A stretch of 63,438 nucleotides of DNA, filler included, from Parasitella parasitica NRRL 2501 (lineage: Eukaryota; Fungi; Mucoromycota): NCBI GenBank assembly GCA_025201805.1. It is 12 parts of 12 records of this genome, joined end to end, with 100 filler letters (N's around TTAATTAATTAA, not from the genome) between each part and the next. Parts side by side here need not be neighbours in the genome. Positions count along the whole stretch, not along the records: positions 59,966 to 63,438 come from MU619294.1; 11 more parts are not named here. One strand, written 5' to 3'. Position 1 is the first letter of the stretch. Each line of letters starts with the position of its first letter. The translations under genes were made by a program, and so were the position numbers. Under the pieces are notes generated by a model. That model saw only the letters and a list, made by a program, of their open reading frames with translations, did no database searches and was not told where the DNA came from. Of the stretch, positions 61,858 to 63,438 are shown piece by piece.

Positions 61858-63221
61858 TCAATACGATTTTAAATGGTCAGCGAGGGAAGGAATAACACTT
61901 TTTTTGTTTGCGGTTGATATATACGGTGCTAATAAGGTAGCTAATTCCTCAGCAAGAGAATTCAGGTCACTATTTCCAATAATAGGAATATTATCATTGT
62001 CGTCAAAAAGTTGAAGAATCTGTAGAAAAACAAGTTTGGCCTTTGTATTTTTGGTAAATTCGGACAATAGTTTTTCAACACTGTTTTTCGCTAAACGAGC
62101 ACTTTCACCATCCCTCATGACTGAGGTAGCTAAAGTAGCAAGCAACCTAGAAGATAAGGCCCCAGAATTAATAGATGTAGTACCTTTACCATACGTGAAT
62201 ACTGTCATAGGTTGCTGTAAATATCCATGGAATAATGTAGAACGTGAAGAAGAGTAAGTATCAATTTCATGAAATCGTGTTTTAAGCTGTCGAAGTTGCA
62301 TAAGGCGTGAGTGAGTATAAATTGAATCCAAATTCGTTTTTTCACCAAGCGTTAAAGAGTCAGACCATGATTGCGAGTCGAGGTATAGTTTGTATTTTAA
62401 ATGAGAATGAGGAGGCACAACGAAATTTACAGTGTTAGGTCCGCATTCTGGCTGATCAACCAAGTTGTCAATACGTGCACTAGCAGTTACAAGGGCGTTA
62501 AAGGGGTGGGTACCAAGTATAAGCTTCATGGAAATATTTTTTCCTTCTGTTTGGTGCATAGTACATATTTCAAAATCATTGTGACCCAAAGACGGCACAG
62601 ATGTTGATTGGCGAGTGGATCCAGCAGAGCTTCGTTGTTCGGCGTGGCTATCAATATTAGGATCACGACCATAAACTTCCAAGGCTAAAATAAGAAGACC
62701 ATGATGATTTTCAGTATCAATTATTACAGATCCAATTAGCGCTCTTGCCACAATAAAACGCTGTCTTGGCTTGATCTCCCAGTCTTGGTTCAGTATTTCA
62801 ATCATATCCTTGTTCAATTCGGTATAGTGTCGCTTTGTTAAGTATTGCGATATTGCTCCAAATTCACTGATACTATTAACAGTATCACAAGTTCTAAAAA
62901 TATTTTCAGGAGATAAATCTTGAACTGGACGCTTTAGAGTCAGTTGTGTAGGTTTTGCAAGCATCGTTTGAAACTGTTCAATATGACTTGGTGACATAAT
63001 TACATCCATTTCGTTACCATCTTCGTCAGTTATCGCGACAGGTACAACATCATAAAAATCAGCGAACATCAATGCTCGTTTCTTAGATTGGCCACATCTG
63101 TTTGTTTCACCCATTGCATACAAAAAGGCCTGATCGTAAGTGCGTCGAGAATTGCAATTGTCTAAAATATAATAATTAAGAGCAAAACAACATTCGAATT
63201 AAAAACGAGAAACTTACCCAT
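61858..63221 (-). CDS. Uncharacterised EVYGR-domain protein, paralogue of 55158-56839, no zinc finger, 2 exons
   Basis: ATGG micro-exon 63221-63218, GT-AG intron 63217-63162, in-frame exon 63161-61858; shared motifs LNxDW, EVYGR..IDSH, FNxLVTxSxRID, GP, LRQL, QPxTxxTY, LxPYI. Confidence 0.78.
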
Positions 63222-63349
63222 TTCAATTTTTAGCAAAAACGCGTTAAGATATTAGACTGAAGCCGTTACTATAACGTTAGCAAACCGTTTTAAAAATATT
63301 AGTAACCCGTTAAGAAAACAAAGTTTGAAACCAGGTGATTTGTGACTTC

Positions 63350-63438
63350 ATATTTTACAACGGGACTGTGCTTATGTTAAAACGGGGCCAAATCCATTTT
63401 TATTATTTTACAACGGGACTACGCCTATGTTAAAACGG
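63350..63438. repeat. Direct repeats upstream of the EVYGR gene, probable TE subterminal array
   Basis: TATTTTACAACGGGACT-N-TATGTTAAAACGG twice with ~53-bp spacing; runs off the window end. Confidence 0.7.

Noticed and set aside
54934-63438. EVYGR genes flanking the viral fragment as one locus
   Set aside because: Three separate contigs; the order is an artefact of concatenation.

Overview
AT-rich, intron-containing fungal DNA with a gene set and TE repertoire typical of Mucorales (Rhizopus/Mucor-like; inferred, not proven). The window is 12 contigs joined by 11 artificial N-TTAATTAATTAA-N linkers, so adjacency across linkers means nothing. Host genes: a self-sufficient P450-CPR fusion with an unexplained ~80-aa N-terminal extension, a coiled-coil ORF, TVP15-like, PEX11, TM9SF/EMP70, a MARVEL-like membrane protein, glucosidase I, NHA1-type antiporter, a WW protein, SOG2-like, OXLD1-like and a stand-alone CPR. 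Mobile DNA: a structurally complete but decayed DIRS1-type element (ITRs, ICR, gag, RT, RNase H, NPPW adenine methylase, tyrosine recombinase) hit by three TSD-flanked LTR insertions, L1-like LINE fragments, gypsy/chromovirus pieces, several solo-LTR families, Tc1, CACTA-like and Helitron fragments. Top leads: (1) two paralogous uncharacterised genes (55158-56839, 61858-63221) inside transposon-like subterminal repeat arrays without a transposase, whose conserved motifs follow the order of the AAG/MPG DNA-glycosylase fold (inference); (2) a 2.5-kb contig that is entirely an alpha-like (virga/tobamo-like) RNA-virus replicase with one internal stop, probably an endogenous viral element; (3) an internally deleted Fanzor1 with a candidate omegaRNA end, plus a possible Tc1-Fanzor head-to-head element.
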